The notes: generated by a model not told the origin, from the sequence alone. Shown: positions 31,056 through 40,913, counted from the first letter of the stretch. The stretch is 64,000 nucleotides of DNA from Escherichia coli (GCA_009729775.1 GCA_009729775.1_4081.1), one strand, 5' to 3'. Numbers and translations: made by a program.

Positions 31056-31835
31056 ATGTTCACATATGTGAAAGGAAATTCAAAAGAAAATTATGAATTG
31101 GGTAGCATTATTTCTAACCCAATTGGTGTAAAAGGATTGAAAGAACGTCCAGGTGCTACACCAGAAGATCCACAAACCTATCGTTATCTTTATAGTGATA
31201 TTAGAACTCTTTATGGTATTTCAAGTAAAGATGGTTCTCCAGTGGAACCTAATGATGCTGTTAGAAAAGAAGAAGGTTTTTGGTGGTTAGTGTATAAAAA
31301 TATTGGCAATGTTAATGCTATTGAACAACCATTGGAGTTTATTAAGTTAAAAGATGATAATCAACCAGTTGTTGAATTTATTGAAGAAGCTACATCAGAG
31401 TATAAAGCACTAACAGTACTGAAAACATACCATTACGTTGATATGAATATTACTGATGTGAAATATGATTTAAAATCCAGAACTGTAGCAGAACGTGGTG
31501 AACGTATTAATCGTGGTTATTTGTTTAAAGAACAACGTTATAGTACTGATCTAGCTGGTCGTCAAATGTTACTTAACTATTATACTCAAGTAACTTCTGG
31601 TGCTGAAACTGTATCTATATTTCTCGATGATGCAATAGTTAAACTATCTGCTGCTGAAATGACACAACTATATACTGAAGCATTTGCTATGGTAGAACAG
31701 TTGTTTGCTGAATGTGATCGTCAGTGTGCTGCAATTGATGCAGTTAATGATTTAGATCCTGATGCAATTTATAAAGCACAACAAGCTGCAACTTGGGTAT
31801 ATGAAGGTATTGATATTCCTGAACGTATACGTTAA
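31056..31835 (+). CDS. hypothetical protein (possible fibre assembly/chaperone by position)
   Basis: 259 aa immediately downstream of the giant fibre gene; GAGGT SD. No motif recognised. Confidence 0.65.
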   Translation: MFTYVKGNSKENYELGSIISNPIGVKGLKERPGATPEDPQTYRYLYSDIRTLYGISSKDGSPVEPNDAVRKEEGFWWLVYKNIGNVNAIEQPLEFIKLKDDNQPVVEFIEEATSEYKALTVLKTYHYVDMNITDVKYDLKSRTVAERGERINRGYLFKEQRYSTDLAGRQMLLNYYTQVTSGAETVSIFLDDAIVKLSAAEMTQLYTEAFAMVEQLFAECDRQCAAIDAVNDLDPDAIYKAQQAATWVYEGIDIPERIR

Positions 31836-31843
31836 ATAATAAA

Positions 31844-31867
31844 GGTCAACACTAGTTGGCCTTTTTT
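31844..31867 (+). terminator. intrinsic terminator
   Basis: GGTCAAC-acta-GTTGGCC (one G-U wobble) followed by T6. Confidence 0.5.
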
Positions 31868-31889
31868 GCTTCATTATAAGGAAAAATAT

Positions 31890-32765
31890 ATGTATAATAT
31901 AAGAACAGATATTATTGTAAATGGTGATATCAGTTATGACGGCGAACTAATAGGCAAAATACCAGTACCAGATATTAGTACAAAAAATAAAAATATTTTA
32001 ATTCATGAAAATGATGGTTTATATGTTCCAGATAACACTATTAATTATCAAGGTGGAACTGGTATATCAATAACCTCTAATTTAATATCAACAAAAATAA
32101 GCACAACTCCCGGCAATAGTTTAACATCTGATAGTACTGGATTATTTGTACCTAGTAGTTCATCTTCATATACTGCTGGTAATGGAATATCGATTAACAG
32201 TAATGTGATTTCATCTAAAATAAGTAATACATCTGGTAATATATTAACATCTGATAGTACTGGGCTGTTTGTTAATGGCACTAATACTACTAATTTAGTT
32301 CGTAGAAAAAGAGAACTATATTATTCAAACTTAAATATACAATTTACTGATGGTATTGAACAAAATTTAATTCAAATACTCAAGTCATTGACACCAACAA
32401 GCGGAACACTAGATACATTCTTTAACACTACTAGTAATAAACTAAATGTTTATAATTTTAACTCATCACTCAACTTTAAATTGAATATATATGGAACATG
32501 GACGACAAGTTCATCTAATATGAGTTTTGCTATAAATTTTACAAATACACAATTTAATAATATTAATCAAGTTAGAACACCAACTATTACTGTTGATACT
32601 ATATCATTTAATACATTTTTAAGTGTTGATGAAAATGGTAACCTAGTAACTAATGGAACACCTATTACGTTAATGTCACATGGTGGCAAGTTTACAGTTA
32701 CTAATTTATTATTAATTGCTGAGCAAATCGTTCCACCTTCAATGAGTGGGGTTTCTGTAGTTTAA
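31890..32765 (+). CDS. fibre-like protein with tandem internal repeats
   Basis: ORF track start is TTG 31866; the ATG at 31890 follows AAGGA. Repeated unit G(T/N)GISI(T/N)SN(L/V)IS(T/S)KIS(T/N)T(P/S)GN...LTSDSTGLFV occurs twice. Confidence 0.7.
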   Translation: MYNIRTDIIVNGDISYDGELIGKIPVPDISTKNKNILIHENDGLYVPDNTINYQGGTGISITSNLISTKISTTPGNSLTSDSTGLFVPSSSSSYTAGNGISINSNVISSKISNTSGNILTSDSTGLFVNGTNTTNLVRRKRELYYSNLNIQFTDGIEQNLIQILKSLTPTSGTLDTFFNTTSNKLNVYNFNSSLNFKLNIYGTWTTSSSNMSFAINFTNTQFNNINQVRTPTITVDTISFNTFLSVDENGNLVTNGTPITLMSHGGKFTVTNLLLIAEQIVPPSMSGVSVV

Positions 32766-32775
32766 TAACATATTA

Positions 32776-32806
32776 AGGTCAAGTCTATGCTTGGCCTTTT
32801 CTTTTA
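32776..32806 (+). terminator. intrinsic terminator
   Basis: AGGTCAAG-tctatg-CTTGGCCT hairpin then a T-rich tract. Confidence 0.5.
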
Positions 32807-32852
32807 ACTAAAATAAATACATCATATAAATCTATTCTGAGGAAATATTTAA

Positions 32853-34817
32853 ATGAGTATAAATCGAATTAGAGGTGATGGTGGTGTAATTATTGATAGT
32901 AAATCTTTTTTAGAGTTACCGAAAGCACCATCAAAAGAAACCGCTGATGTAATAAGATCAGGGATGATTAGATACAATAAGGAATGGAAATCATTTGAAG
33001 GTGTTCTGGATTTTGAAGATGGTACTATGGCATATCGCCGCTTTGCAAACTTAGATGCAAATGGTAAACTTCTTACTTCCCAATTACCAGATTCAGTAAC
33101 TAGTGGTTTGCAGTTTGTTGGTACATATAATCCTATTCCAGATGATATTGACCCACCTTTAGCACAAACGCCACTACCAGCACCATCAGCATCACTAAAT
33201 GGTGATTATTATGTTGTTCGTGGTATTATGGATGCAGCACAAGCACACTTTGAAGCAAATAACCCACAAACAAGTCCGGTTACATTTACACCTACGAACC
33301 CAACTGGTCAAGGTAATTGGATTGAAATTTTATATTATGTTGACTCCAATCCAAATATATCTGGTGCTAAACTTGTAACATACGCTTTTGCAAGAATTAT
33401 TACTGCATCTATTCCTAGTACTGGTCATGATGGTCTTAAAAATTTAGCAACAGATGCTGACTTAACCAAACCATTTGCTTCAGGCGTTCCAATGAACCAA
33501 ACCGCACTATCAGATGGTGATTGGATCATTATAACTGAAGATAAAAACATACGTCTACGCCAGTCAAGAACAAGCATTTCTGCTGCTTCTGTATTATATG
33601 ACAATACAGTAATGATTGCAAACCATCGTCAATTTAGAACGAACGCAGGAACCGTACAAACATCCATAGATAACGTTGTGATTGAATGTTTACGTAGAAC
33701 TGGTGATTCCATGTATAATGATGGAACAAGCGGCTCAGGGCGTTTTGGTGTGGTGTATGGTAGTGCAGCAGCACCAGCATTGACATTTAATAACAATCCA
33801 TTTGATCCAACCAATAACCCAGGTAATGACCCAGCTAAGTGGTCCGATGCTAATACTGGTATATTTCATCCAGCCGATGACGCAATTGGGTTCAGTACTG
33901 CTGGTACAGAACGTGTTCGAATTAATAATTCAACACTAACATTATATCAATCAACATCAACACCTGCATCAACACCAGTACTAAGATTTGATAATGCAAC
34001 TAATACTAATGTGGGATTAAGTGCTAGTAGTAATATTATTTCATTTAGTTCAATGAATAAAGTTCAAGTTGAATTTAAAAATGGCGAAAGTGCGTTTCAT
34101 GGTAATATTGTTGTTGATGGTACAAGTACATTAACTGGGGATACATCAGCTAGTAATATAACTGCTAGTGGTAATTTAAACATTCAAGGTAATACCACAT
34201 TAGGTGATGCTGCATCAGATACCATTACAGTTAATGGTGTTAGTACTTTTACAGCTAATACTAATTTTAATGGAACAACTAATAAATTTAAAAATATAAA
34301 TCTATTAGCTAATGGTATAATTACATTAGAAAGTACTACTAATCAAAGTACAATCCAATTAGTTAGTTCTGATTTAAAACTATCAATGGGTAATTATGCT
34401 GATGTAAGTATCTATGATAATGGAACTATAAGAACACGTTTTAATAGATATGGTATCCAATTACCAGTACTAGCTACTATTGATAACTCTGTTGGCGTTG
34501 ATGGTATGATTGCATACTCCAATACCGAGCGTACTTCAATGCAAAAAGTTCAAGGTCAATGGGTTCCAATTGGTTCAGGTTCAGTGAGAACCGATGCTTT
34601 TACCATTTCATCTTGGGTATTAAGTGGTGACTACTACACCCTTACTGTAACAGCCTCAAACATCGTCACAGCAGAGATACAGGAACAGGTTAGTCCTGGT
34701 GTCTATACTCGTGTTGAGGTCGATAGCGTGACGTTTAACGGCACTAACGTAGTGTTCAGTATACCTTCAACACCTGATGTACGTTTCGACGGAAGAACAT
34801 TGGTAACAATTAGATAA
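32853..34817 (+). CDS. tail fibre-like protein
   Basis: 654 aa, GAGGAAA SD, Thr/Asn/Gly-rich beta-type composition, last gene of the + strand fibre cluster. Confidence 0.7.
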   Translation: MSINRIRGDGGVIIDSKSFLELPKAPSKETADVIRSGMIRYNKEWKSFEGVLDFEDGTMAYRRFANLDANGKLLTSQLPDSVTSGLQFVGTYNPIPDDIDPPLAQTPLPAPSASLNGDYYVVRGIMDAAQAHFEANNPQTSPVTFTPTNPTGQGNWIEILYYVDSNPNISGAKLVTYAFARIITASIPSTGHDGLKNLATDADLTKPFASGVPMNQTALSDGDWIIITEDKNIRLRQSRTSISAASVLYDNTVMIANHRQFRTNAGTVQTSIDNVVIECLRRTGDSMYNDGTSGSGRFGVVYGSAAAPALTFNNNPFDPTNNPGNDPAKWSDANTGIFHPADDAIGFSTAGTERVRINNSTLTLYQSTSTPASTPVLRFDNATNTNVGLSASSNIISFSSMNKVQVEFKNGESAFHGNIVVDGTSTLTGDTSASNITASGNLNIQGNTTLGDAASDTITVNGVSTFTANTNFNGTTNKFKNINLLANGIITLESTTNQSTIQLVSSDLKLSMGNYADVSIYDNGTIRTRFNRYGIQLPVLATIDNSVGVDGMIAYSNTERTSMQKVQGQWVPIGSGSVRTDAFTISSWVLSGDYYTLTVTASNIVTAEIQEQVSPGVYTRVEVDSVTFNGTNVVFSIPSTPDVRFDGRTLVTIR

Positions 34818-34820
34818 TAA

Positions 34821-34851
34821 AAAAGGGAGAACTGATGTTCTCCCTTTTCTT
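34821..34851. terminator. bidirectional intrinsic terminator
   Basis: GGGAGAAC-tgat-GTTCTCCC hairpin with an A-run before and a T-run after, between the convergent fibre (+) and thyA (-) genes. Confidence 0.65.
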
Positions 34852-35781
34852 TTATACAGCCATCGGTGCTTTAATTGTTGGCATTGGATTGTAATTCACT
34901 AATTTGAAAGAATCCATTGTGAAATCTTCAATATTAGTAATTGTAGGATCAAGCCATAATTCAGGTAATTCACGAGGTTTTCTCTGTAGTTGTTCTTTTA
35001 CTTGTTCAACGTGGTTTTTATAAATGTGGCAATCACCACCATTCCAAATAAATTCTCCAACATCTAAACCAGTAATTTGTGCAATCATATGAGTTAGTAG
35101 TGAATAACTACTGATATTAAATGGAACTCCCAAAAATAGATCAGCGGATCTTTGATGTAGAATGCAGCTTAGTTTCCCTTGTACTACACAAAATTGTACA
35201 AAGCTATGACAAGGTGGCAACGTCATATCATCAAGCTCACCAACGTTCCATGCACTTAGAATATGGCGACGACCATATGGATCGGACTTTATACCATTGA
35301 TTAGTTCCTGTAATTGGTCAGTTGTACGTTTCATAACAACACCATGTGAACCAGTATAATCGATAACTTTGTATCCTTTATCTTTTAATTCTTGAATTTC
35401 TTCAGTACTGGAACTAAATTTATAATCTTCCCATTCACGCCATTGCTTACCATACACTGGACCTAACTCACCATCAGTATAACCAAGAGCAACGCCTTGA
35501 TTTAGGTAATTATCTGTCCAAATAGTTTTCTTTTCTGTATCACGAGTTCCATGCAAAATTTCACAAAGGCGACGCTCATCATGGGAACCTTCAATAAACC
35601 ATAGTAATTCTGAAGTCATTGCTTTCCAAGCTAGACGTTTTGTCGTCACTGCTGGGAAACCATCTTTAAGGTCAAAACGCATTTGTTGACCGATAAGTTT
35701 GATTGTTCCAACACCAGTACGGTCAACGCTTTCTACGCCTTCATCTAGAATTTTTTGATATAGTTCTTGTAGTTGTTTCAT
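34852..35781 (-). CDS. thyA: thymidylate synthase (ThyA family, T4 td-like with insertions)
   Basis: Aligns by eye along its whole length with E. coli ThyA: catalytic PCH, conserved HQRSADLFLGVPFNISSY with the uracil-specifying Asn retained, C-terminal IKAPMAV. Confidence 0.9.
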   Translation of the reverse strand: MKQLQELYQKILDEGVESVDRTGVGTIKLIGQQMRFDLKDGFPAVTTKRLAWKAMTSELLWFIEGSHDERRLCEILHGTRDTEKKTIWTDNYLNQGVALGYTDGELGPVYGKQWREWEDYKFSSSTEEIQELKDKGYKVIDYTGSHGVVMKRTTDQLQELINGIKSDPYGRRHILSAWNVGELDDMTLPPCHSFVQFCVVQGKLSCILHQRSADLFLGVPFNISSYSLLTHMIAQITGLDVGEFIWNGGDCHIYKNHVEQVKEQLQRKPRELPELWLDPTITNIEDFTMDSFKLVNYNPMPTIKAPMAV

Positions 35782-36374
35782 TATTCTTCCTTGAAAAATG
35801 TAATAAAATGTTCCATATGTTTTTCTGTGGCATTGCGTGAACCAATACCAGTCCAGTTACCATGTGGTGCTGGAACGACGAATGTTTGTGTGAACTCTTT
35901 CAGTACTGTATCGAAATAAAATACTGAACGTGAATTCATATCATAACAATAAATTTCAGGATTTTCAACTGAATCCATATACATCTGTACTGCCCATGCA
36001 GTACCACCACTTACCTTAGTTGGTGATGTGATATTTGCAATACAATATATTCTTTCTGTATTAAGTATCTGATAACTATTCCTTGCAAGTAAGTTGTAAA
36101 CATAAGAACCTGGCTTTGGTACTTTTCGCTGCAACGAGTAACATGCAATGTTTAGTTGATTTAATATAGAAATATCAGATAGAATATTGGATGGTATTTC
36201 TAATATAGTACTTTCATCTACACTATGCTCATGACCTTTGAATGAAAAATTAATAACTTCAAATCCATTATTTTTTGCATAGATAGAAAAAAGGCGGTCA
36301 GCACCTGCTGCCCCGCCACTAAAACATACATTAGATAAACCTTTAATTGCTTCATCTAATTCATTCTTTTTCAT
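35781..36374 (-). CDS. SLOG-like (LOG/DprA/YpsA-type Rossmann) nucleotide-processing protein
   Basis: Gly-rich motif FSGGAAGAD near the N-terminus and a second SGGTAWAV motif, as in SLOG-superfamily proteins; TAATG overlap with thyA. Confidence 0.45.
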   Translation of the reverse strand: MKKNELDEAIKGLSNVCFSGGAAGADRLFSIYAKNNGFEVINFSFKGHEHSVDESTILEIPSNILSDISILNQLNIACYSLQRKVPKPGSYVYNLLARNSYQILNTERIYCIANITSPTKVSGGTAWAVQMYMDSVENPEIYCYDMNSRSVFYFDTVLKEFTQTFVVPAPHGNWTGIGSRNATEKHMEHFITFFKEE

Positions 36375-36377
36375 ATT

Positions 36378-37034
36378 TTATTTTGCTTTACGTTCTGCAA
36401 ATAGTTGTTTTACTTTCTCAATAGCTTTAGTCTGTGAAATACCTTCTGGAATTTCTAGATAAATTGTTTTACTATCTTTCGGTTGTTCAACAACTTGTGT
36501 TTGCGGACGCAAGCTTGGCTCTAAATTGTATGCACGTTCATAATGTTCTTTAGCCAGTTTTTCATATTTTTGTGCATCAGTGAGAAGTTGTTCTACAATA
36601 GTAGCTTCTTCTACTTTAGTGTCTGCTTCTTGTGGATTGAATGGGTTAAAGTCTTTTACTTTACCATCTTCTTGTACTTTCGCTTGATTTTCATCTAATG
36701 CTTTGTTTAGAACATCAAGAGAAATTTTATTATTACCACCAGTGTGCATATCAATATCACAAGTACGAACGCGACGTAGATGCTGCATGTTGTGTAGAAC
36801 ATCTAGCATTTTGCGTCCATCGAGATAACCAATTTTATGCATTACTTCCCACAAATCAATATTAGATTGACCATGACCCATAACAATATCAGTTACTGCG
36901 TGTACATATGCTTCTGGTAGTGAATCACGATAAACGATAAGGCAGTGTTCAGGATCATCTGGTAGTGAACGCCAAACAACAAAAACACGAGAACCTGTAT
37001 TACGCATTACACCAACATGACGAATAGCTGCCAT
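36378..37034 (-). CDS. hypothetical protein
   Basis: 218 aa, AAAGGAGA SD, 3 nt from the next gene. Confidence 0.65.
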   Translation of the reverse strand: MAAIRHVGVMRNTGSRVFVVWRSLPDDPEHCLIVYRDSLPEAYVHAVTDIVMGHGQSNIDLWEVMHKIGYLDGRKMLDVLHNMQHLRRVRTCDIDMHTGGNNKISLDVLNKALDENQAKVQEDGKVKDFNPFNPQEADTKVEEATIVEQLLTDAQKYEKLAKEHYERAYNLEPSLRPQTQVVEQPKDSKTIYLEIPEGISQTKAIEKVKQLFAERKAK

Positions 37035-37036
37035 AA

Positions 37037-37297
37037 TTATTCTCCTTTATCTTCTTGAGTTTCACTATCTTGTGATTCAGCTTCTTCTTTAGCTGCATCT
37101 TCTTGTGCTTTAATATCTTCAAGAGCTACATTTGCAAAAGAAACAAATTTAGATACAACTGGAGCAACCTCAACAAGTTCTTCAACTTTAAAGGTGTTTC
37201 GTGCAACAGCAGCTTCCATGATTTTTGCAGCATTGATTAGGTCTAGAAGGGTTAGTTGAATTTGATTATTTTCTTGTTCCATTTTAATACTCTCCAT
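37037..37297 (-). CDS. small acidic hypothetical protein
   Basis: 86 aa, acidic C-terminal tail; preceded by an extended -10 element and a short leader without SD. Confidence 0.5.
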   Translation of the reverse strand: MESIKMEQENNQIQLTLLDLINAAKIMEAAVARNTFKVEELVEVAPVVSKFVSFANVALEDIKAQEDAAKEEAESQDSETQEDKGE

Positions 37298-37391
37298 GTA
37301 TATTGGTACATTAACTATTATATCATATTTTTATAAGTTGTCCCACTTATAAAAGAAGAGAACGGAAAATTCCGTTCTCATTATTTAGTAC

Positions 37392-38816
37392 TTAACTACG
37401 TTGACGCTTTTTATCAGCTTCATATTCGTAGTGTACAGTCTCACCAAATGGTGCAACTTTATTTGGGTTACTGTGAATCACGAACAGTGTTTTACAGTAG
37501 TTTGGATCACCCCATGACTGCCACGGTTCACCATCAGTAAACATTACAAGCTGTTTAGGCTTGTAGTTGTCGTTCTTCATATGAACCCATACTGCTTCAA
37601 AGTCAGTACCACCACCACCTTTTACTGGATATTCCAGAATCTTACGTTCTTCGCCAGTTTTGTAATCCTTTACAGTATAAACTTCAGTATCAAAAGTCAT
37701 GATACGAATCTTAAACTGTTTGAATTGTTTAGTGATGCCAAGAACTTCACTAATGAAATCACGAAGCATATCTTCAGAAATAGACCCAGAAGCATCTAGT
37801 GCAATCGCAATATCAATATCATCATCTGGTTTCATCCCTGGGTAAATTGGATTACCATAGAATGAACCATTAGAACCAAAACCTGCACCCCAAGAACGAC
37901 GATTAGGATTTTGATATGTTGCATCAGACTTCAACCAACTACGAAGTGTACGTTGAAGTTTTGAACGCCAGTCAATCTTTGGTTCTTTAAAGTTGTTAAT
38001 CATACGAGCGATTTCTGCTGGTGTACCACCTGCACGAGCAGCATTCATCATTGCTGTTTTGAAATCATCCATGTAATCACGTTTTTGCTGTTCACTTGAA
38101 CCACCCTCTTGACCTTCTTGTGGAACGTCATGCTGGTCAATGGTAGTACCTTTTGGTTTACCCTTACCATCTTTAATATCGCCAAAAGTACCGCGATTTT
38201 TACCTTCACCTTCGCCACCACCACTTTGTGGTTGACCTTCACCTTCACCATCTTCTTTTTGTTCTTCTTCTTCAAGAAGAATGTAAATCTCTTCTGCGGT
38301 CATACCTTCATATTTTTTATCATACAACCATGAACTTTGGATTTTTCCAATTTTCTCACGAACGATGATTTGGTTAATGGCATAATCCGCTGCACGGTTA
38401 TAACGTTGTGGATCACGCATACCACGACGAAGGAAGTGATCGTAAGCACAGTGTAGAATTTCATGACAAATTACAGCAATAAGGTTTTCATCAGTCAAAC
38501 CTTCAGTCATTTCTTTTAATTGTTCGTCTGTAACTTCAGGATGCTTTTCACGAATAGCTTCTTCATATTCTTTCTTTTTAGATGGGTCTTGAATACCCAT
38601 TACAAATTCTACGTTGTAGAATAGATGTTTACCATCAACTGCTAGAGTACGACACCATGTATTATTAGCAACTGGACGTAAACGTGAAGCGAGTACACCA
38701 AAGAATGGTGCAGTTAACATCAAAGATGTACGAGCCAGAACCAGACGATCTTGACATTCTTTCTGGAGTGCCGGAGATACTTCATTGAATCTGGAAGTAG
38801 ATTTGTTATCTGACAT
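37392..38816 (-). CDS. vWA-domain protein with N-terminal HExxH metallopeptidase-like domain (MoxR-partner type)
   Basis: HEILHCAYDH (HExxH) in the N-terminal half; C-terminal vWA with MIDAS DASGS (IAIALDASGSISE) and a downstream FTDGEP. Confidence 0.8.
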   Translation of the reverse strand: MSDNKSTSRFNEVSPALQKECQDRLVLARTSLMLTAPFFGVLASRLRPVANNTWCRTLAVDGKHLFYNVEFVMGIQDPSKKKEYEEAIREKHPEVTDEQLKEMTEGLTDENLIAVICHEILHCAYDHFLRRGMRDPQRYNRAADYAINQIIVREKIGKIQSSWLYDKKYEGMTAEEIYILLEEEEQKEDGEGEGQPQSGGGEGEGKNRGTFGDIKDGKGKPKGTTIDQHDVPQEGQEGGSSEQQKRDYMDDFKTAMMNAARAGGTPAEIARMINNFKEPKIDWRSKLQRTLRSWLKSDATYQNPNRRSWGAGFGSNGSFYGNPIYPGMKPDDDIDIAIALDASGSISEDMLRDFISEVLGITKQFKQFKIRIMTFDTEVYTVKDYKTGEERKILEYPVKGGGGTDFEAVWVHMKNDNYKPKQLVMFTDGEPWQSWGDPNYCKTLFVIHSNPNKVAPFGETVHYEYEADKKRQRS

Positions 38817-38837
38817 GTATATTTCCTCGTTTAGTTA

Positions 38838-38869
38838 AGATAAAAGAAGGATACCATTAGGCATCCTTC
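38838..38869 (-). terminator. hairpin/attenuator between the MoxR-like and vWA genes
   Basis: 10-bp stem with one mismatch, followed on the minus strand by CTTTTATCTT directly ahead of the vWA SD. Confidence 0.4.
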
Positions 38870-38890
38870 TTGTCAACAACTCTTTGTTAA

Positions 38891-40216
38891 TTAGCCAAGA
38901 GAGCGTGCTTTACGTACAAGTTCAGAGTACTTAGCGATGAAATCTTTAAACGCTGGTACATCTTTAATGGAAATCGCAACCTTATGAAGCGTGATGGTAC
39001 GAATTGCCAGTACTGCCAGTTCTGCTTGAGTTGCAGAGAAGTTATGGTCTAGGAAGGTGATGAAGTTGTTACACAGTTTACCCCATTCTTCCACTGGTAG
39101 ACGTTGTTCTTGCTTCTCATTGAACAGGTCGATAATTTTATAAACCAAGTTCAGAGTGATAAAGTAGTTCGCAGAAATATCCAGAGTTGCGTCGATTTCT
39201 TTGATTTCACCAGACAGAATAGACATAGTATCTGGTAGTTTAGCAACGTTCTCAACGTACTCAATGTATTCAGTTGCAACACCTTCACCAACACGACCAG
39301 CAATCATTGCACGGAACACTTCTTTATCAATTGTCTTAGTTTTCTTGAGATCTTCGTAGCGTGCTACTGCTTCCCATGAACGTGGAGAAGTACCACCGCT
39401 GTGAGAAGGATCTTGTGGACTAAGTGTGTTAAAGTACTTAGAACCAGTGTTGTTGATGAACGCAACAGTTGCTGGGTTCAAACGTTTTGCAATCGCATAA
39501 TCGTTAATCCAATCTTGATGGTAAGGAATCATCTCAATGTGAGTCATACGGTCACGCAGTGGTGTAGCAAGAGAGAAAGTTACACCGCCATCAGTTTCAC
39601 GGTTACCTGCTGCAAGAATCAGTGCAGTCTTAGGTAGCTTCATCTCACCAACACAACGGTCGAGGATTAGCTGATAAGACGCTGCCTGAACAATAGGCAT
39701 TGCAGAGTTAATTTCGTCAAACAGAATAACACCTTTCCAATCTTCGGACAATTTCAGAACTTTAGGTGCAGCCCATACTACCGCAGTTTCAGCTACATAA
39801 TCTTTTGCTTCGGCAAGCTCAGATTCTTTCAGAAGAGAACCGTCAGTTTTACGGAAAAGCTTCTCTGGTACTGGAATACCGCGAAGGTCACTTGGTTCGA
39901 TTTGAGACAAACGGAAATCGATAAAGTTAGTATCTTGGTCGATTAGTTTTGCTTCAAATGCAGCCAGTTCACGGCGTAGCTGATCAGCATTTTCAGGGTC
40001 AGCTTCGATTTGTTGTTTCATGAACTCGATTTTAGCTACGTTATCTTTACGCAGTGGGTAATTTTCATCAGCATATTGACGAGCGATAGCAGACTTACCG
40101 ATACCTGGGCTACCCCAAATCATCAGGCTATCTTGAATCATGTCAGCCAGTGCCATTGCTTCTTTAGCTTTCTTTGGAGTCAGTTTAACGTTCAGGATAT
40201 CGTTTTGAGTAGTCAT
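38891..40216 (-). CDS. MoxR-like AAA+ ATPase (AAA_5 / CobS-like)
   Basis: Walker A GSPGIGKS, Walker B ILFDEINSA, sensor region LILAAGNRETDGG; single AAA+ module plus C-terminal helical domain. Confidence 0.8.
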   Translation of the reverse strand: MTTQNDILNVKLTPKKAKEAMALADMIQDSLMIWGSPGIGKSAIARQYADENYPLRKDNVAKIEFMKQQIEADPENADQLRRELAAFEAKLIDQDTNFIDFRLSQIEPSDLRGIPVPEKLFRKTDGSLLKESELAEAKDYVAETAVVWAAPKVLKLSEDWKGVILFDEINSAMPIVQAASYQLILDRCVGEMKLPKTALILAAGNRETDGGVTFSLATPLRDRMTHIEMIPYHQDWINDYAIAKRLNPATVAFINNTGSKYFNTLSPQDPSHSGGTSPRSWEAVARYEDLKKTKTIDKEVFRAMIAGRVGEGVATEYIEYVENVAKLPDTMSILSGEIKEIDATLDISANYFITLNLVYKIIDLFNEKQEQRLPVEEWGKLCNNFITFLDHNFSATQAELAVLAIRTITLHKVAISIKDVPAFKDFIAKYSELVRKARSLG

Positions 40217-40385
40217 GTATATATTTCCTTTTGTTGGATAAAATCGTTTAAGTTTCTATTATAGCCAATCCGTGGGCAAAAGTAAAGGAACTGTGTTAAA
40301 ATAATTTAACTTATCAGTTCCTTTGTTACTTCATGAATCATCCGTGTGTTTAAAAGGTAAATCTCTTTGCTGTCTTGATGTGAAC

Positions 40386-40413
40386 ATTATATCACATCGT
40401 TTCAACTTGTCAA
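40386..40413 (-). promoter_or_regulatory. sigma70-like promoter P1 (TTGACA-N16-TGaTATAAT)
   Basis: Consensus -35 and extended -10 when read on the minus strand; about 170 nt upstream of the MoxR-like start. Confidence 0.55.
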
Positions 40414-40478
40414 TCACTTTTTTTCTTTTTTTTCAAACTCACATCTTGTGTCGCTTGAAAACTTTATGTCTGATGCTT

Positions 40479-40506
40479 ATTGTATCACATCATTCTATCT
40501 TGTCAA
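40479..40506 (-). promoter_or_regulatory. sigma70-like promoter P2 (TTGACA-N16-TGaTACAAT)
   Basis: Second copy of the same promoter architecture, about 90 bp upstream of P1. Confidence 0.5.
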
Positions 40507-40529
40507 CATTTATTTTTAATTCATTTTTC

Positions 40530-40910
40530 TTACATATGAATAGAAAATAACTGTTTAAAATCATCACAACACAATGTTAATTCAGTTATTATCATTGCAT
40601 CTGTCAGATATATGTACTGACCTTCAACATAATAAGGTGAAGTACATATTCTGTCAAGTGATGTAAACATTATAGAACTTTTAAATTCTCTTTGCAAGGG
40701 GATTTTTGTAAATTCATAAAGATTATTTTCTTTACAAATTCCATACCCAAACTTGCTAAGACGTAAACCACCGCCAGTTCTGAAATTTTCAAAAATTGAC
40801 ATCAGAAGCATACGGTCTGTTATTTCTGAATCTGATTCATGTACTTCCCTAACTTTGGAAAGTACATTATTTTGATATTCAGTACTGTTATGTGATGGTT
40901 CTGGAAACAT
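40530..40910 (-). CDS. hypothetical protein
   Basis: 126 aa ORF, 3 nt from the upstream gene. Confidence 0.6.
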   Translation of the reverse strand: MFPEPSHNSTEYQNNVLSKVREVHESDSEITDRMLLMSIFENFRTGGGLRLSKFGYGICKENNLYEFTKIPLQREFKSSIMFTSLDRICTSPYYVEGQYIYLTDAMIITELTLCCDDFKQLFSIHM

Positions 40911-40913
40911 ATA

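Noticed and set aside
40323-40550. 75-aa + strand ORF in the leader region upstream of the MoxR-like gene
   Set aside because: Low-complexity Phe/Leu-rich translation with no SD; the region is better explained as a promoter/5' UTR for the minus-strand gene.
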